From NCBI GenBank assembly GCA_028867035.1, contig JAGWHB010000006.1, forward strand, positions 23,918 through 87,917: a DNA stretch of 64,000 nucleotides, read 5' to 3'. The position numbers were made by a program, and so were the translations under genes. The notes under the pieces were generated by a model. That model made no database searches and had not been told where the DNA came from. It saw only the letters and a list, made by a program, of their open reading frames with translations. This DNA comes from Nitrososphaerota archaeon (GTDB lineage: Archaea > Thermoproteota > Nitrososphaeria > Nitrososphaerales > Gagatemarchaeaceae). Shown here piece by piece: positions 61,398 to 64,000 of the stretch; the stretch's first letter is position 1; each line of letters starts with the position of its first letter.

Positions 61398-62126
61398 ATG
61401 GCCAGCGGGATCCCTCAGTATAGTCAGCTTGCGAAGTACTATGACTACATCTATCGTTGGAAGGATTATCGAAAGGAAGCGACCATAATCAGGGGACTCA
61501 TCCGAAAGCACAAAAGGTCGGACGGCAGGGCCTTGCTAGACGTCGGCTGCGGGACTGGCAAGCACCTGCAGTATCTCCGCCGGAGTTTCGACTGCGTCGG
61601 CGTCGACGCGAGTGGAGAGATGTTGCGGGTTGCGAGAAGAAACGCCTCCGGGATCGAATTCGTGGAGTCGGGCATGACCGATTTCAGACTCGGTAGGCAA
61701 TTTGACGTTGTCCTTTGTCTGTTCAGCAGTATTGGCTATCTGAGAACGCGAAGCGAGGTGAAGAAAGCGATTTTCAACTTCTCGGAACATATGAGACAAG
61801 GAGCCGTCCTGATAGTAGAACCATGGTTCGAGAAGTCTGACTGGACAAGAGGGTCGGTTCACATGCGGACCTACGACGCAGGGGGTCTGAAGATAGCCAG
61901 GGTAGGGTTCAGCGACGTCGACGGAGACTTCGCCATAGCTGACGAGTCTTACTTGATAGCGGAAAGAGGCAAGGGAACGACCTATGTGCGAGACGTTCAG
62001 AAGCTGAGGTTCTTCGAGTCAGACTGGACTATCGAAACCATGCGGAGAGCCGGATTGCGTTCCGCATTCTCGAAGGAGACATTGATGCCCGGACGCAGGC
62101 TGATGATCGCCACAAAGGCGCCCTAG
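61398..62126 (+). CDS. Class I SAM-dependent methyltransferase
   Basis: 242 aa. Motif I: LLDVGCGTGKHLQYL. Post-I: GVDASGEML. Confidence 0.85.
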   Translation: MASGIPQYSQLAKYYDYIYRWKDYRKEATIIRGLIRKHKRSDGRALLDVGCGTGKHLQYLRRSFDCVGVDASGEMLRVARRNASGIEFVESGMTDFRLGRQFDVVLCLFSSIGYLRTRSEVKKAIFNFSEHMRQGAVLIVEPWFEKSDWTRGSVHMRTYDAGGLKIARVGFSDVDGDFAIADESYLIAERGKGTTYVRDVQKLRFFESDWTIETMRRAGLRSAFSKETLMPGRRLMIATKAP

Positions 62127-62176
62127 TACTTTCATTGTGACAGGAGGCGCTGACCGCGCACAGGGTGCATTGTGCT

Positions 62177-62689
62177 TTAGTTACTGGGCGACAGACCTCC
62201 GAGTAGTTGGCCTGTGGAGCTCCATTCGCGCTCCAAAATGGCATACACCATCGTGTCGCGCCATTTGCCCCTCATGAGGAAATCTTCCCTCTGGCGACCC
62301 TCTAACGTCATACCCGCCTTATTCAAGACATGATTAGAACCGATGTTTGAAGGGTCGCAAAGGGCGAAAATCCTGTGCAGGGCCAACCTAGCAAACCCGA
62401 AGTCAACCAAGGCACGAGCTGACTCGGTGCCGTACCCTTTCCCCCAGTGGGCTTTGTTGAGGCTGTAGAAGATTACGCCCTCCTTGCGTTCCGGTCGCGT
62501 CGCCTCGATACCGCAACCGCCGATGAGTTCGCCCGATGCCTTGACTGTGATGGCAAATTCGTAGCGCGTTCTGGGTTTTGATGACTGGTCAGCGATGGCG
62601 CGCCTTACGAACGCTTGGGTGTCGGGTTCGGTGTTCGGGCCCCAGTGCATATAACGAACGACTTCGGGGTCAGACGCATAGGCGTGCAC
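62177..62689 (-). CDS. GNAT-family N-acetyltransferase (RimJ/RimL-like)
   Basis: HWGKGYGTESARALVDFGF (acetyl-CoA loop). Conserved N-terminal strand codons lie upstream of the first canonical start (see finding). Confidence 0.8.
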   Translation of the reverse strand: MHAYASDPEVVRYMHWGPNTEPDTQAFVRRAIADQSSKPRTRYEFAITVKASGELIGGCGIEATRPERKEGVIFYSLNKAHWGKGYGTESARALVDFGFARLALHRIFALCDPSNIGSNHVLNKAGMTLEGRQREDFLMRGKWRDTMVYAILEREWSSTGQLLGGLSPSN

Positions 62690-62905
62690 GGAACGCCAAT
62701 CTGAAGCCCGAAACTCTCGGATGACGAGCCGTTTGGTTGTAAGGATGGTAATCCCCGATTCGCCGACTCTCAGGGAGTCAGGTATCGCTTAACCATTCTC
62801 TCGCGCTGAATCTCCGCTCGGTCATGCCTAGGGTTCGTTGCGCCTCCGCCGTAAAATGAAATAGATGGTCCCGGGCAGGGCTGGCTTCCCGGGATTTCGA
62901 GGTAT

Positions 62906-63286
62906 CTAGGCGGGCGTCGTCAGCGGCTGGGACTTCCCGTACTTCTCTGCGAGATACTGCTCCGGCGAGAGCCTGCCCTCGGTCGGGAGCCCTGACTCGG
63001 CCCATTCCCTCATTCCGCCTTCGTAGGCCTTCACGTTGAAGCCCTGTTCCTCGAGAAACTGGGCGGCCTCTCTCGAGGCGTTGCACGTGTAGCTGGAGCA
63101 GTGGGTGACAATCTCCTTGTTCTTGTCCAGCTCATTCCACTTTCCGGCCTGAAGCTGGCTCTGGGGGATCGATACAGAGCCCTTGATGTGGATTTTGTCG
63201 TAGGCCGCCGAGTCGAGGACGTTTACCACGACGGTGCCGGGCGAGCCCATCTTGGCCATTAGTTCGGCTTTCGATATTGTCTTCAT
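62906..63286 (-). CDS. Rhodanese-like domain protein
   Basis: ATG 63286 gives MKTISKAELMAK..VVNVLDSAAYDKIHIKGSVSIP..VTHCSSYTCNASREAA..GGMREW. Confidence 0.75.
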   Translation of the reverse strand: MKTISKAELMAKMGSPGTVVVNVLDSAAYDKIHIKGSVSIPQSQLQAGKWNELDKNKEIVTHCSSYTCNASREAAQFLEEQGFNVKAYEGGMREWAESGLPTEGRLSPEQYLAEKYGKSQPLTTPA

Positions 63287-63505
63287 TTGGACGCTGCGGC
63301 GTGCTCCCGGAATTAAGGGGTTTTGGTAGAATCTTCTATCTTCGGCGCTTTCACAATTTCCTTGAGCGGGGTCGATATATACCAACTTCAGCCCACTCTG
63401 CAATAGAACGGCGAAAGTTCGAGGCAGTGCGCTCTTGGGACAAGTTGAAAGAGTTAACGGAGTCGAACGTGGGCGGCTCTTGGGTTAAGATGGTTGTGAG
63501 GCGCA

Positions 63506-63778
63506 GTGAACTTATCCGTCTCTGACGTCACCACCACTGTCAAGAAGTTCCTGGCGGAAGACGCAGGCCTTGAAACCATCAGGGTCACCTCCGCTGTGGC
63601 GATCGAAGGGGAGGCTGAGTGGAAGGTAACAGCGGACATTGGGCAGCCGACGAGAGATAGGAAAGAGATGATTGTGAACGACAATGACGGGAAGATAATC
63701 TCATTCAAGACGGGCGCGACGGCTTTCAGAGAGACGTCCAGAGAACCATATGTCGGATGCCCGGCTGGAGAGACATAG
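63506..63778 (+). CDS. Small conserved hypothetical protein (90 aa), paralog of 56165..56371
   Basis: GTG start. ..KKFLAEDAGLETIRVTSAVAIEGEAEWKVTADIGQPTRDRKEMIVNDNDGKIISFK... Confidence 0.6.
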   Translation: MNLSVSDVTTTVKKFLAEDAGLETIRVTSAVAIEGEAEWKVTADIGQPTRDRKEMIVNDNDGKIISFKTGATAFRETSREPYVGCPAGET

Positions 63779-63786
63779 CGAAGGCC

Positions 63787-64000
63787 TCAGGCCTTCAGTC
63801 CGACTATCTCCTGCCCCTGGACCTGAAGCTGTACCATCTGGCCCACCTGCAGCTTCAGAAGCTGCACCCACTCGCTGAATGGGAGGGTGTTGGCCGAAGC
63901 CTGGTAGTAGGTCCCGTTCACCTCGACGGAGACGAAGGTGTTGCCGTTCTGGACGTAACTGACGTAATCCTGGACCATCCCCGTCACCGAGGTCGTCTGC
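63787..64000 (-). CDS. Hypothetical protein, 5' end outside window
   Basis: The frame stays open through nt 64000 (..QTTSVTGMVQDYVSYVQNGNTFVSVEVNGTYYQ..). I recognise no family. Confidence 0.4.
   Translation of the reverse strand, partial: QTTSVTGMVQDYVSYVQNGNTFVSVEVNGTYYQASANTLPFSEWVQLLKLQVGQMVQLQVQGQEIVGLKA

Noticed and set aside
1-64000. Searched by eye for CRISPR repeat-spacer arrays, rRNA genes, additional tRNAs, integrase or tnpA genes, and parS-like palindromes.
   Set aside because: None found. Only one tRNA (Ala-CGC) could be folded. A computational scan (tRNAscan-SE, Infernal, a CRISPR finder) would be needed to be sure.

Overview
GC-rich, gene-dense archaeal chromosomal segment. 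Archaeal markers: TFB, RNA polymerase subunit Rpo12/RpoP, a tRNA-Ala without encoded CCA, TATA-like boxes about 25-30 nt upstream of several start codons, Lrp/AsnC regulators, and binding proteins anchored through Ser/Thr-rich linkers. 1-19.4 kb: LutBC lactate utilisation plus a non-phosphorylative sugar/sugar-acid oxidation island with a CUT1-type ABC importer. 20-39 kb: CoA-ester metabolism (two family-III CoA-transferases, an acyl-CoA dehydrogenase, a CitE-like lyase, a MaoC hydratase, a crotonase) interleaved with Liv-type and Opp-type ABC importers and two MFS genes, one of them frameshifted. 39.7-45 kb: visibly lower-GC patch with a solo TnpB (IS200/IS605-type), a 476-bp ORF-free stretch, a PadR fusion protein, an amidase gene remnant and a 26-nt direct repeat. 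45-56 kb: housekeeping genes (PncAB, tRNA-Ala, TFB, RpoP, Tag) and a large secreted BNR/Asp-box protein. 56-63.8 kb: lower-GC accessory island bracketed by two paralogous small genes. It holds a solo Cas4-like nuclease, a translationally coupled three-gene membrane cassette I cannot assign to any family (my best candidate for something undescribed), an orphan RelE-like toxin, a wHTH + HExxH pair, a methyltransferase and a GNAT. I saw no rRNA gene and no CRISPR array. All calls come from reading the sequence and ORF translations; no database search or computation was run, and GC statements are by eye.
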